DNA of 64,000 nucleotides from Camelus dromedarius (lineage: Eukaryota). The stretch is from positions 45,510,001 through 45,574,000 of the forward strand of contig NC_087447.1 in NCBI RefSeq assembly GCF_036321535.1, written 5' to 3'. The notes beneath the pieces were generated by a model. The model saw nothing but the letters and a program-made list of their open reading frames with translations. It did no database searches and was not told the origin of the DNA. Shown one piece after another: positions 13,291-27,093 of the stretch (positions within the stretch are counted from its first letter, which is position 1; every line of letters starts with the position of its first letter). A program made the translations under genes and the position numbers.

Positions 13291-14254
13291 TATATATTAT
13301 CTATCATCTATCTATTTTGTTTCTGCTTATAATTTTAAATAAAACACTTAAGTTTAATTGTATTCAATCATATATAATCTCTTCCTACTCTTCTTTGTAG
13401 GCTAAAGACATAAATGCTAACAAGTTCCTCCAGTTATGCTATTTTTAAGATATTTACTAAAGTATTGGTGTTTATTATTTCCTAGTGTATTATTTGTGTG
13501 TATTGAAATATAGTTAAAATTTTATTCAAGAAATTATTTCTTAATGTTTGATACTATTTTTGCACCAGCTAAGAAGTAACACAATACCCACTTTGATGAT
13601 TTTACTACTCACTCACATTTAGAAAAAAATCAACATATTATTTAAAAATAATACAATAAACAACCTAGAAATTAATTATAAAAATGAATGGCATCTCATG
13701 AAATTTTTAAAAATGACTTGGGGTTTATGTGGGTTATTGAAATAACCTATGCTTTATTTCTGCAGGTACAAATAATAGGAAAAATGCCCAAGTTTCCAGA
13801 TGTTGAATATTTTTATAGGTATGCTGTTAATGTGGGGAAAGTACAGAAACTTCTTTCAGAGTTTTGGCTAAGATGACTAAAAATATAAGTATTCACAAAC
13901 ATAATTCAATAAGAAATAAGAGTACTGAGAATGAAATTTTTCTAAGCATTGGGATAAAAATGAAAAATGAATTCTTAATTTTGTCACTTCATCAATGATT
14001 GAAGTGTTCTAGGCCAAAGGAAGTCTAGTAGCTCTTACACTTTGATAGCAGTTGTCCATTGCCCTAACTCCAGGTAGTTATTCAGAAAGGCTTGGAAACA
14101 TTCTAAGGAACAATTTCTTGATGTGAACATGGCTGGGATTAATGCTGCCCCAGAGGAGTCAAATGCATTATATCCTCCTATCTTAAAATCTGTATTTTTC
14201 TCCCAATAGAAACATTTAAAAGTTCACCCAGGCTGGATGCCAAGAAACATCTTT

Positions 14255-15208
14255 ATGGGGCTTATAAATGGTAGCTGGTTCCAGCCACCTGCTCTCCTTC
14301 TAACAGGCATTCCTAGACTGGAAGCTGTACAGATATGGATCTCAGTCCCACTGCGTGTCATGTACCTAACTGCCCTCCTAGGGAACGGCACCATCCTCTT
14401 TGTGATCAAAAGCACCTCCAGCCTTCATGAGCCTCAGTACATCTTTCTGTCTATGCTGGCAGCCACAGATGTCGGTCTGTCTTTATCAACTCTATCCACA
14501 GTACTTAGTGTCTTCCTCCTGAATCACAGAGAGATTGAGTTCCACTCTTGCCTAACGCAGATGTTCTTCATCCACATCTTCTCCTCCATGTAGTCAGCCA
14601 TCCTGCTGGCCATGGCCTTTGATTGATTTGTAGCTATTTGCAACCCGCTGCACTATGCTGGGGTCTTAACTCCTCCTCGGATTACTGGGATAGGGCTTGC
14701 AGCCATGGTTAGGGGTGTGGTACTGATGGCACCTTTGCCAATTCTGCTGAAGTGATTGCCCTTCTGCAAGGATGTCACTCTATTGCACTGTTACTGCTAC
14801 CACCCAGATGTTATGAAGCTGGCTTGTGGCCCTATCAGAGTCAACATCATCTATGGGATGTCCCTTGTCCTCTGCTCCTTTGGAGTTGACTCTCTGTTCA
14901 TCGTCATTTCATACATCCTGATTTTAAAAACAGTGCTGGGCATTGCCTCCAAAGATGGTCAGCTTAAGGCACTTAATACATGTGTTTCCCACATTTTCAC
15001 AGTCTGTATCTTTTATGTGCCACTCATTGTGCTGGCTCTAATTCATAGGTTTGGTACTTTCACATCTCCTCTTCTCCATGTCACCATGGCTAGCCTCTTC
15101 CTCTTCTTGACCCCTATCCTTAACCCCTTGGTTTATAGCCTAAAAACCAAACAGTTAAGATCTGTGGTGCACAAGATATTCAAGGGTAGGGGAAATTTGC
15201 TTAAGTAA
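14255..15208 (+). pseudogene. OR51-family pseudogene (three in-frame stops, no frameshift)
   Basis: Full-length OR frame with TAG 14591-14593 (MES to M*S), TGA 14624-14626 (MAFD*F) and TGA 14753-14755. Motifs KALNTCVSH, HRFG and NPLVYSLKT retained. Acceptor AG at 14208-14209; alternative in-frame ATG at 14237. Confidence 0.93.
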
Positions 15209-15220
15209 TCAAGGATGTGT

Positions 15221-15590
15221 TATATAAAAAGCTGAACTGATTAAAACATAGAGTAGAACAGTGGTTGACAGGAGCTAGAGGGTTGAGGAAATAGAGAAAT
15301 GCTGGTCAAAGTGTGCAAACTTCTAATTATGAAATAAGTAAGCTCTGGGGATCTAATATAAAACATGGTGATTATAGTTAACTATACTGTATTATATACT
15401 TGAAAATTGCTTAGAGTAGATTTTAAATGTTCTCACCACAAAAAAAGAAATGATAACTATGTGACATGATGGAGGTACTATCTCTACTATGATAATAATT
15501 CTGCAATATATAAGTATATCAAATAAACACATTGTATACTTTACATTTACACATATTATATGTCAAATCTTAATAAACTTGAGAAATTTT
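15221..15590 (+). mobile_element. L1MA-type 3' UTR end (L1MA9-like)
   Basis: ctggggatctaatataaaacatggtgattatagttaac...gtagattttaaatgttctcaccac...aataaa (15572). Confidence 0.85.
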
Positions 15591-17188
15591 TGTTTTGTTT
15601 TCAAAAAGAAGAAAAATAAGAAATATAATAGAATGAAGGGTGCAATTGGCAGATAGCAACAGGGTTATAATAAAGGAAGTTTATGTTTCTTCTTCAACAA
15701 AAAGGAATTATTAATTAGAAATTCCACATAAAATAAATTCTATCTACTCAGATAAAGTTAATGTCCAAATTTGAAGCAAAGTAAAATATATCATGATATT
15801 ATGTAACTGTGGAGTGCAAGAAAAAGGGAGGTTTTACCTGGACTTTAAAAACTTCCTCCTTCAAATGGCACAGTAATCGTTATATTAGAACTCTATAGGA
15901 GAAAATTAATCCCTAGATAAGATGTGACTCTATCTGAAAGTAATGATTTTAAGTGTAAAGTCAATCTAGAGATTAAGATTGAGCAAAATTCATGATATAA
16001 TAGATTAGGGTTGACAGATCCTGTGAGTTAAGGGTCTTGGAGAGGGTCTTGATGAGGTGACAATTGTTTGCTAGGCAAGCAAATATGCCTAGTTAACACA
16101 CATACACGTATCTCTTTCCCTGAGGTAAAAAAAAGGAAAAAAAAATCCCACACTTCTTCAAATTCTTGTGGGTTTTTTGTTTTTTGTTCTGAGAGATGTG
16201 CTCTTGATCTACATTTAAGGGAGAGGGTATTTATGAAGAAAATTTGAACTCTTCCCTTTCTCCAAATTGCTTTAGCACCTGAGAATGGGACCTCCAGTTG
16301 GAACTCAAGCAGTTATAATTCAAATCAACGATGACATACTATTGTGTTTATATCTCCTTTATGGTGAAAGCAGGATCCGTTGTCCCTTCAAAATCAGACA
16401 TCAAAACCTATCAACTCCTATCTTCATTGCTGTTGCAATAGGGGTCTGTGTTTGTTTAAAGGTAACTTAAAAATGTATGTTTAACGTTTTGAAATACAGA
16501 AAACCATGAATTGTGCACTTTAAAAGGGTACAATGGTATGTGAATTTCATAGTTATTCTTTAGTTCATAAGCATAAAAATTTGAAGAGTTCTTAAAAGTA
16601 TATATTTATGATTGAAACTAAAATAAACTGTCTATAAAAAGGTGATACCAAGAATGATAATAATTCTGTTAGAAATGGGGAGATTTTGAGTGATTCAGAC
16701 ACTTTTAAATTCTCCAGGCTTCTAGTAAATGTTATTTTTTATAATTGTCATCTAAAACTTCAGTTATGTTATCTTAAATAATTTAAATTTTCCATAATTT
16801 ACATTAAAAATCTTAGGTTAAAAGTCTGTAAGCCTCTTTTATAAAGTTTCAGTTTTTCTGATAATAATAACATCAGATAGTAAAAATTATAAGTAACACT
16901 TTTGTAGTGCTTAATATGTGCCAGGAAATTTTCAAGTATAAAACAAATCTGAATTTATTTTAAAGGATTATTGCAAAGGGAGGAAAGATTGATCAGTGGA
17001 GACAGAACAGTTCAGCTGATCATTAATGAGATTTTTTAAAAATGGGAATTTAAATGGTGTGTGTCTGGCCTTGTCACAAGTAAAAAAGAAGGCATCACTG
17101 AAGCTTATCTATGTCATTTGGGGAAATGTGGTTCCTTGGTGTAAACAGTTTCCTTAACTATTGTGTAGGGAATTGTTAACCTTTGCTG

Positions 17189-17644
17189 TGAGAAAATTAA
17201 TAAAGGGAAACCTTGCAAAAATGCAAGTGGAAGGGCAAAAGGGGAACCTCTCATGAACATATCACTTGATGTCAATACAGATCCCAACAGGGAGAGGCAT
17301 ACCTTGCATCTCTGGCAGGAAGTGACACTAATTTACTATTGTTAGCAGGAGGAAGAAAAAGTTTCTCCTTGCCTGACAAGAGCTCAGTGAATTAGCCACT
17401 GCTACAACTCAGCTAATGAAAAGCCTCTGCTTCAAATTCCCAGTTTCCTCCAATGGATTTTTTGTTTACAACACCCCTCACCCCCAACTTCCCCTTCTCT
17501 ATAAAAAGTTTCCTCTCTTTCGCTTTATGGAACTTGCATGTGGCTTGTCACAGTTTCATGTTCCAAACTGCAATTCTTTGCTGCTTCTGGATAGACCTGT
17601 TTTGCTCATAAAATAACTGGCTGTTTTATTGTTTTAGGTTAACA
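17189..17644 (+). mobile_element. Solo LTR (ERV1-like) with 4-bp TSD GCTG
   Basis: TG...CA termini, GCTG at 17185-17188 and 17645-17648, internal CCAAT and TATAAAA. Confidence 0.75.
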
Positions 17645-17684
17645 GCTGTGTTCCATGGTCATAAGGCTTAGACAATACTCACTG

Positions 17685-17870
17685 CCACATGTACTATGTT
17701 CTTTACATGTATTAATGCATTATTACTCACAAATACTCATTTTATAGATAAGCACACAAAAGCATAGTGAGGTGTTAAAGGACACCAAAGATAAGTGGCC
17801 AAGTCTGGTGGAGCTTTGACTCCAGGCAGTCCAGCAGCAGGAGCTGAGCTTTTAATTGCTTCTCAGTGAC
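17685..17870 (-). mobile_element. MIR SINE
   Basis: cattttatagataagcac...ctttgactccaggcagtcc. Confidence 0.55.
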
Positions 17871-18569
17871 TCTCGAAACTAAACTCAGTAAAAAACTTGG
17901 ATTTATGTTCTTAACTTCTCTATAAACATGCCGTATGAACATGGACAATTCATGTCTCTGCTCAGTGTCTCGTATCTACAAAATGAGAAATCTATAATGA
18001 TGGTCTCTATAATCCCTTTTTGTTCTAACATTTTATGTGGGTATGCCTCTAAGAGAAGACTTGTTGATAACTGAGTTGGCATAGTTTTGTTTGTTTGTTT
18101 TTGGGGGCAGGGAGGATTTTCTTCCAACAATCTTGAGTTTGTTAATTTATCCAAAACAAAACTATCTAGCATGCTTTAAATTTTCTCTTCAAATTGATCT
18201 GGCTCAACTGTTATTCTATACACTTTCATTGTCCCAAATGTGTGACAGTGTTTTTCACATTGAGTATGATTGATAATGACATTTTGAAAGAAGGTGCTTG
18301 AAAAACAAATTTTTTACTAAAATAATAAATTGTAATCTCTTGTCCTCACACCCTTCCACTCACAGACACACACAAATGCAGACACAACACTAAATCTTAC
18401 TGTAGATCTAGCTACTGACATTATCTGCAGAGGAATGTTTTTGCTAGAAATGATCCCATACAAGGAAAATGAGAGGACTTTTTTTTTTTTTTTTGGCCCA
18501 TTTTCTTCACTTTTAGCTTGCCAACCTTATTCTCTGACGGTTTCTGAGATCTCCTAAGACATCATAAGA

Positions 18570-18740
18570 CTTGGCCAATCCTCAAGGGAGGTGGACACAC
18601 CAACAGCTTTGTAACTAAGTTTTTCCACCTGGAAAATGCACCAGCAGTGTCAACATACTGGAGCACGTGAATAAAAAATCCAACCACTATTCAGAGTCCA
18701 GGCAGATGCAACTCTTCCCAGGGGTCTTGGCCCCAAATGT
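18570..18740 (+). promoter_or_regulatory. Putative O/E-site promoter for the 24.3-kb OR pseudogene
   Basis: CCTCAAGGGA 18580-18589 and TCCCAGGGGT 18716-18725 in non-repeat sequence about 5.6 kb upstream of the ATG. Confidence 0.35.
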
Positions 18741-20233
18741 GACCCAGGACTTATTTGACTAAACTTTAAATATGAAGACCTGAAAGCAGTAAGTTATTAC
18801 AGTTCAGGGGAAGTTCCTGGAAGATGGGCATAGGTTTGTTAAAGCTGGAAAGAAAGACACTCTTTTGATGGCTGAGTTTAGGGTTAAACAAACCATTAAG
18901 ATTGTTTGTTCCCTCATTTAGCTGAGCCAGATCAAGACTGTTTATCATGGTCGCCTTTACTTTGCATGTCTTCCCATCCCCTGAAGTACTGCTGAGGCTG
19001 ATATACTTCCTACTCTGCTTTCTTTTCTTTCTTTCTTTTTTTTTAACATCTCCATTTCCACAGGCTTCCCATTAATCCATTATTTTTGTTTCCCAAACAT
19101 TTTTATTTTTCCTATTGTTAATTCTTTACTATCTATGGCAGCAACTGAGTTCAAGAGTTTTACTAAATTATCCAAATGTTAAATGTCACAGAGATGGTTT
19201 ACCATAGTACTATTTACCCTCTCTTATGAAAGTGAGGCAGAATATCACTTTCTTTATTTTGCAGGGATATTTGAGGATAATGTATCAGATGAGAGTTACT
19301 AGGTAATTTGGTCTCATTGTTCCTCATGCCTGATCCATGGAGAAGTTTCTTCCCTATAACAACCAATAAAGTCTTCCCCACCCCTGACCCAGGAATAGTT
19401 CAGAGAGACAATTGTTCCATGGCCCTAAGATGACTTGCAGAAGATAAGATGCCATACCTAAGTGTCTCCTTTTTGTCACTCTTTCCCAGGGCAAATATGC
19501 GATACACTGTATTTTCTGAATGTACAGGTATACTCTAGAAGAGAAAGCAAGTCCGTGTATATTGTGCAGAATGACAAATGACAGCTGGTAAATAACAATG
19601 CAGTTGTTCTTTTGTATTCTGCAATGGAAGGACTTTACAGAACTAGGGCTTTGCAAGGAAGATGTTCTCTCTTTCCAAATCATCATCTTTCTTCTTAAGC
19701 TCTATCTACCTTACTTCCTTCTCACAGTTCCTTACTTCCAACAGTGCACTCTCTGCTTGCTTTCTTCATTTAAAGTCTTCCCCTAATGGCAATGTGATAG
19801 AACCCATGGATTTATTTTACAGAAGAGAATACAGAGGAACAGACTGGTTCAGCCACTGGTCTAAGATCACAAATCTAGTATATTGCTGGGGTGGTGGTAG
19901 TAGGATTCTGATTTGGGTATTTCTGATTTCAGAGCTTAAACTCTTAAACTCTGTTCAAATTGCCTTTCTTATCTCTGTTATCTTGCAAAAAACTCTAGTA
20001 CTGTTTTTACTATTTATATTTTATAGTTTATATTTTTCTGCTACCAGTTTCTCACTATCCATTCAATCCTAGGTGCCTCCTCTCATTCCTGATTTCTGGT
20101 GTTCTATTCCAAAACTGCTTTTACCAACAACCTTCTAATTATCAACTACAACATGGGGGATTTCTCAGCTCTCCAACTTCAATTATAGAACATTTTCTTC
20201 CATTGACTATTTGCTGAAACCCTCTCACTCTTT

Positions 20234-20550
20234 TTTATTTTTTAACATTTTTTTATTGAGTTATAGTCATTTTACAATGTTGTGTCAAATTCCAGTGTAG
20301 AGCACAATTTTTCAGTTATACATGAACATACATATATTCATTGTCACATTTTTTTTCGCTGTGAGCTACCACAAGATCTTGTATATATTTCCCTGTGCTA
20401 TACAGTATAATCTTGTTTATCTATTCTGTATATGCCTGTCAGTATCTACAAATTTTGAAATCCTAGTCTGTCTTTTCCCACCCCCAGCCCCCTTGGCAAC
20501 CACAAGTTTGTATTCTATGTCTATGAGTCTGTTTCTGCTTTGTATTTATA

Positions 20551-20581
<31 letters not shown>

Positions 20582-21353
20582 GATTCCACATATGAGCAAT
20601 CTCATATGGTATTTTTCTTTCTGTTTCTGGCTTACTTCACTTAGAATGACATTCTCCAGGAGCATCCATTTTGCTGCAAATGGTGTTATGTTGTCGGTTT
20701 TTATGGCTGAATAGTATTCCATATATTGTATAAATATACCACTTTTTCTTTATCCAGTCATCTGCTGATGGACATTTAGGCTGTTTCCATGTCTTGGCTA
20801 TTGTAAATAGTGCTGCTATGAACACTGGGGTGCAGGTGTCTTTTAGAAGTAGGGTTCCTTCTGTATATATGCCCAGGAGTGGGATTCCTGGGTCATATGG
20901 TAAATCTATTCCTAGTCTTTTGAGGAATCTCCATACTGTTTTCCACAGTGGCTGCACCAAACTGCATTCCCACCAGCAGTGTAGGAGGGTTCCCTTTTCT
21001 CCACAGCCTCTCCAGCATTTGTCATTTGTGGACTTTTGAATGATGGCCATTCTGACTGGTGTGAGGTGATACCTCATCGTAGTTTTGATTTGCATTTCTC
21101 TGATAATTAGTGATACTGAGCATTTTTTCATGTGCCTATTGATCATTTGTATGTATTCCTTGGAGAATTGCTTGTTTAGATCTTCTGCCTATTTTTGGAT
21201 TGGGTTGTTTGTTTTTTTTCTTATTATGTCGTATGAGCTGCTTATGTATTCTGGAGATTAAGCTTCTGTCAGTTTCATCGTTTGCAAAAATTTTCTCCCA
21301 TTCCATAGGTTGTCGTTTTGTTTTACTTATGGTTTCCTTTGCTGTGCAGAAGC
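20234..21353 (-). mobile_element. Young 5'-truncated LINE-1 with 15-bp TSD
   Basis: ORF2 C-terminus ([19 protein letters not shown]...[18 protein letters not shown]), 3' UTR and tail; TSD accctctcactcttt at 20219-20233 and 21354-21368. Confidence 0.95.
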
Positions 21354-21553
21354 ACCCTCTCACTCTTTGATTCCTAGGACATTTCACTATTCAGTTCTTT
21401 TTTTCCCCCTTAATTTACTACTATTAATCAATTCTTAATTACTATTTCTTTTTCCTTCTCCAAGTTCCTGTAATGGACATCTATTAAGCATCATCAACCC
21501 TAATCCTCTTGACTAAACTTTCCATTGTGGGCATCATCTATTCCAAATTATAG

Positions 21554-22066
21554 TGTTGGGGCTCAGGGCAGGCCTCCCCAAAATTTGCCACAATGGCATA
21601 TTGATTATTTTGAATTAAATTTACTTGAGAAACAGCCATTGTAAGAAGACAATGCCCACTGAAAGCAGGAAAAAAATCTCCCATGTGAAAGGTACCCTCC
21701 CTAAACCAGGAGGTAGATGGACATCCTATCATCAGAGGCAGGAAACTCAGGGCCAAGAAGACTATATAAATAAACCTTGTTACTTTCTTACTAATTTACT
21801 ATTCCAAGCCCGAACTCTATTTAGTTTCTTTATTAATTAAGCACCCAAGCCTAAGTTTCTTTGTCTGTGTTAATTCCTCACAAATGTATTGTTTCTTTGT
21901 CTAAAAAGTATAAAAATTGCCTACAGTGGCTGTTCCTTGGGTCCCATATAAAGGAGACCTCCATACACACTAAATTGTTTTCCTGTTAATCTGTTTTGTG
22001 GCAATTTAGTTTTTAGAACAGCTAAAAGAACCCAGGAGGGAAGGGGGGAATTCCGCTTCCTGGACG
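21554..22066 (+). mobile_element. MER34-like solo LTR
   Basis: tgttggggctcag...ccccaaaatttgccacaatggcatattgattattttgaatt start, TATA (gtataaaa), 3' tgttaatctgttttgtg...aaagaaccc. Confidence 0.75.
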
Positions 22067-24277
22067 ACGGCTATGATCCCCACGTGAGTGATGCCCCCTT
22101 CACCATAAGTTCTACCTCTATGTCCAATCCAGTGCTTCAAACTAACAAGAGGCATTAGAGATAATGCAAGCAAATAACTTTAAATGTTTTCAAAATAGAC
22201 TTTTTCCCCAACTCTATCTTTGAAAAAGTATAGCTCTTGCTATGAACTGTCTGAAATGTCCTTTCGTATCATTCTCTAAGCCAAGAAACCAGGCTAAAAA
22301 CCTTGATGTAAAATGAGACGTGGGGGGCTTCTTCCCCTTTATTTAGTTAACTGAGTCTTGTTTGCTTTTTCTCCCTCTCCTCAAAAATCCCCTTGCCTAT
22401 GTTTCTCTCTGGTATATCAAACACTTTTGTGTAGGTTCTCACCACTTGACCTCTTAGCAGCTGTAAAAGTTGCCAAGAACTTTGCACTGAATCCAAACTG
22501 CCTTTAATACTAATGACTTTGCATTCTGATACTTAGTTATCCTCATGATACCATACCCTCTTTACCAGACCTTATGGTGTCTAACAAAACTCAGTTCTAC
22601 CTATTCGATCTTATTTTCCTTTCCCTCTCTTTTACAACTCTTCATTTAATTCATGAAAATATTTCTAGTGCCCTTCCTCAATAAGTCTTATTCTGATGAC
22701 CATACCTTTGCTCTTTTCTTGTTTGTTTGCTTTTATTTTTGTTTTGGCTTTGATAAAATAAGCCTTGCTTCCTCCTTGATGGGGTGAAGTCATTATCAAA
22801 TAAAATAATGTTTGAGGGAAAAATATTGATTAAAGTTATGTTATTTATGAGAGGTCATAATATAATGTCTTTCCTTGTTCATAGTTTTGAATTGACACTT
22901 CTTCCACCAAATAGATCATACTCTACAAGGAACTTTAGAGAAAGGATCATAAGCTGCATGTCACTCATATCACAAATTAAGTACTCAAAAAATATTTGGC
23001 AACCCTCTGTGTTACTCAGCTTTCTATTGTTCTGTCTCTCATTGTACTTATTTGAAAGAGTTTGGTCATAAGAAATGGCTAATCTTTATTTCTCCTTGAT
23101 CAGTTTTGTCTATATAAATCTTCTTTTATTGTTTCTTTTGTTTATACAATCTGTTCCTATTTAAAAAAAAAAATAAGAAGCTTTATATCCCCAGAAGTAG
23201 TCATGGATATTTGTTGTATTATTTGAAAATATTCAATTCAAGTATAGAAAAAAAAGACAATGGAATACACAAAACCCATGAGATGCATTAAACACAGATA
23301 TTGAATAAACTAGTCCTTTTTGAGAAATAGGTAGGATGCATGATATTTGTTAAGTACAGTTTTGAAGAACAAACAAGTAACTTATAAGATATAAGCAACA
23401 TAATAAGTTATAGTAAGTTGTGGATTGTAGGTAAGTTGTAGGACATGTTAAATACAGAATATGTGAAATATATTATAGAACAAACAAAAGAGTCATTTAT
23501 AGATAAAAATAAATAGGAAAAAAAGTCATAAGGTATGATAATGCCATGTCTAGAATGACAGTTATGTTATACCTAAATCAATCACCCATTAATGAAACCC
23601 TTTGTGGTTTTGTTATGGTCTCTCATGTTCTCAGCACAAAAGATATGGGCAAAACTCACAGATGTCCAACAGTCTTATTGGTAAATTAAAGCTGTGGCCA
23701 TGTTTACATGATGCTGTCTGTCTGGCAGAGTAAGTGTGAGTGTTGGGTCCAGGTATCTTCCACCTGTTGGGTCTCCTTGCCCAAACCATCTCTCGTCTTT
23801 CTAACACCATCAGCAGAGAGACAGAACATATTACTATTGCATAATCTAGCACTCAGATACCATGGACCTTCCTCCCCACTTGTATACTATTTTAAGTGTA
23901 TTAATCAACCCCCTCCGTCTTCCTGCTCCCCACTGCATGTTTTAAATTGACTAAATTAACCACATGATTTGTGAACCTTCATTTGTTCTATGAGAACTTT
24001 CTGTTTAAAATCTTTTGGCATAGTTTATCCGGGGGTGTTTGGTGGCTACCACTGTCTCAACAAATATACCCACAAAATGGCTGTTATAAATCACCTAAAA
24101 ATATCCACCTAGGCTTTCTGAATTAAACTGAATTCAACCCTATTGAATTTTCTCTAAACACAACAGATACTTAGCTTGCCTGTACCTCTAAATTCTCTCT
24201 TCAACCATTGAATGAACCTGAATTAACTTTACTGCTTGACTTTCCTACACATGTTCTCTTTTTCAGATCTCACCATC

Positions 24278-25224
24278 ATGTCTCTGTTCAATGGCACCCA
24301 CTCTCAGCCACCCTTCTTCCTTCTTTCGGGAATCCCAGGGCTGGAAGCATCTCATACCTGGATCTCCATCCCATTGAGCATCATGTATGTGATTGCCATC
24401 CTGGGCAATGGCATCATCGTTCACATAGTACACAAGAATCCCAGCCTTCACGAGCCTCAGTATGTATTCTTGTCCATGTTAGCAGCCACCAACACAGGCA
24501 TGTCAACATCTGCACTGCCCACTGTTCTTAATGTCTTTCTTCTCAACCACCGAGAGATTGAGTTCCACAGCTGCCTGGCCCAAATGTTCTTCATCCACAC
24601 GTGTTCTTCCATGGAGTCAGCCATGCTGCTGGCCATGGCCTTTGACCGCTTTGTGGCCATACGCAACCCCCTGCACTATACTGCAGTCCTGACCCACTCC
24701 CACATTACTCAGATGGGACTGGCTGCTGTGGCTTGAGGAGTGGCACTGATGGCCCCCTTGCCCATCCTGCTCAAATGGCTTCCCTTCTGTAAGAACATCA
24801 TTCTATCCCACTCATTCTGCTTCCACCCTGATGTGATGAAGCTACCCTGTGGGTCTATTCGTGTGAACATTATCTATGGGCTGGCCTTGGTGCTCTGCTC
24901 CTTTGAGGTTGACTCTATATTGTTCTGTCCTATGCTCTAATCTTGAAGACAGTCCTGAGCATTGCTTCCAGGGAGGGACGCTTTAAGGCACTCAACACTT
25001 GTGTTTCCCATATTCTCACTGCCCTCACTTTCTATGTCCCACTTATTGCCTTAGCTCTGATCCACAGGATAGGCCGGTACAACTCCCCTCTCCCCCATGT
25101 CACCATGTCCAACATTTTCCTTTTTCTCACACCTGTGCTTAACCCATTAGTTTATAGTGTGAAAACAAAACAGATTAGAAGTGCACTATGTAGACTGTTC
25201 CCACTCAAGATAAGAGTGTTTTGA
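24278..25224 (+). pseudogene. OR51-family pseudogene, close paralogue of 14255-15208
   Basis: ATG 24278 follows acceptor tttcAG (24266). TGA at 24734-24736. Frameshift near 24917-24920 (about a 4-nt deletion relative to the paralogue's DSLFIVISY). C-terminal frame KALNTCVSH...NPLVYSVKTKQIR ends at 25224. Confidence 0.93.
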
Positions 25225-25954
25225 GAAACAGCAACAACAAAAAAAGTAGCTCTCAAGTACAAAAAAAAAAAGGTATGAGGGATGTTGAAGAAAGAAGGAG
25301 ATTCTTTTCCTGTGTGTTGATGTCCTTTGGTACACTGCTGTATGGTTTTACTACAATCTTTCTGGAATTATGAGCTTCCCTTTTAACTTCAAATATTAGA
25401 TCAGGAAATATATTTCTAAACGTTCCTGGGCTTTTACTTTATGTTTCTCATCCATAGAGTTCACGCCACTTACCTGTGAGCCCCATTTCTATCCAAATAG
25501 TCTTACAAATATTTTCTACAGAATACCCCCTTGTAAATAGCTATATGGCTCAAATCTGATTTTAAAAAAAGATATTTATATTATTACATAGACATTTATT
25601 ATCTTTGGGGAGTTTGAGATGTTACAGAGGGAAATATTCCAAATGAAAGATGAGAGGTTTTATTTTTATATTTTTTATTTAAATCTGTTTATGCTTTATG
25701 ACTCTTTTTCTGAAAGCACCCTAATCTAACCCCCAACACAAAAATTCAGTAAGAGATTAAAGAAAAATATAACAAAGCACTACATCTAAAATTTACCATC
25801 TATGTAATGAATAATTAATTTCCTCAGGGTATATTAAATTGGATTTCACATTTAGTTGAAGATAAGTATGCTGTTTAAACTAAAATCAGGACTCTAATGT
25901 ATCTGCTATGTATCCAGAGAACAAAGTGATCAAGGCTCTCTGTGCATAAGTGTT

Positions 25955-27093
25955 CCTAATTAAACTTAAAAGCTTTTGCACAACATAGGAAACCATAAAA
26001 AAAAATGAAAAGACAACTTATGGAATGGGAGAAAATATTATCAAATGACAAGACTGACAAGGGATTAATTTCCAAAATATACAAACAGCTCATACAACTT
26101 AATATCAAAAACAAACAAACAAACCAGTCAAAGAATGGGCAGAAAACCTAAACAGATGTTTCTCCAAAGAAGACATACAGATGGTCAACAAGCACATGAA
26201 AAGATACTCAGTATCACTAATTATTAGAGAAATGCAAATCAAAACTACAATGAGGTATCACCTCACACCAGTCAGAATTGTCATCATTAAGAAGTCCACA
26301 AATGCTAAATGCTGGAGAAGATGTGGAGAGAAAGGAGTCTTCCTACACTGTTGGTGGAAATATAAATTCATGCAGCCACTATGGAGAACACTATGGACAT
26401 TTGTTAAAAAACTGAAAATAGAGTTACCATATGATCCAGCAATCCCACTCCTGGGCATATATTCGAAGAAAACTTAATTCAAAAAGTTGCATGCATCTCA
26501 ATGTTCATAGCAGCACTATTTACAATAGCCAAGACATGGAAGCAAACTAAATATTCATCAACAGATGACTGGATAAAGAAGATGTGGTATATATATATGT
26601 ATATATATGTACACACACACACAGAATGGAATGTTACTCAGCCATAAAAAATGAAATAATGTCATTTACAAAAACATGGATGGACTTAGAGATTATCATA
26701 TTAAGTAAAGTAAGTCAGAAAGAGAAAGACAAATATCATGTATCGCTTATATGTGGATTCTAAAAAAGAAATGATACAGATGAACTTATCTACAAACCAG
26801 AAACAGACTCACAGACATAGAAAACATACCAAAGGGGAAAATAGGGGGAGAGATAAATCAGGAGTTTAGGATTAACATATACACACCACTATATATAAAA
26901 TAGATAAACAACAACAACAATAGCACAGGGAACTATATTCAATATCTTGTAATAACCTATATAGAAAAGAATCTGAAAAAGAATATACATATATGTAATA
27001 TATATATATGTATAACTGAATCACTTTGCTGTTCACCTGAAACTCACATAACATTGTAAATCAACTATACTTCAATAAATAAATAAATAAATA
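25955..27093 (+). mobile_element. 5'-truncated LINE-1 inserted into a MIR
   Basis: ORF2 C-terminal motifs (26181-26477), 3' UTR ending aaatcaactatacttcaataaa(taaa)n; MIR halves at about 25880-25954 and 27100-27245. Confidence 0.93.

Noticed and set aside
14591..14755. Stop-codon readthrough ('pseudo-pseudogene') rescue of the frameshift-free pseudogene
   Set aside because: Three separate stops, one replacing the Arg of the DRY/F motif, plus other damaging changes; ordinary nonsense and CpG decay suffices.
20637..21387. 169-aa and 83-aa minus-strand ORFs as genes
   Set aside because: Broken LINE-1 ORF2 C-terminal fragments; the same applies to 26181-26477 and 50023-50271.
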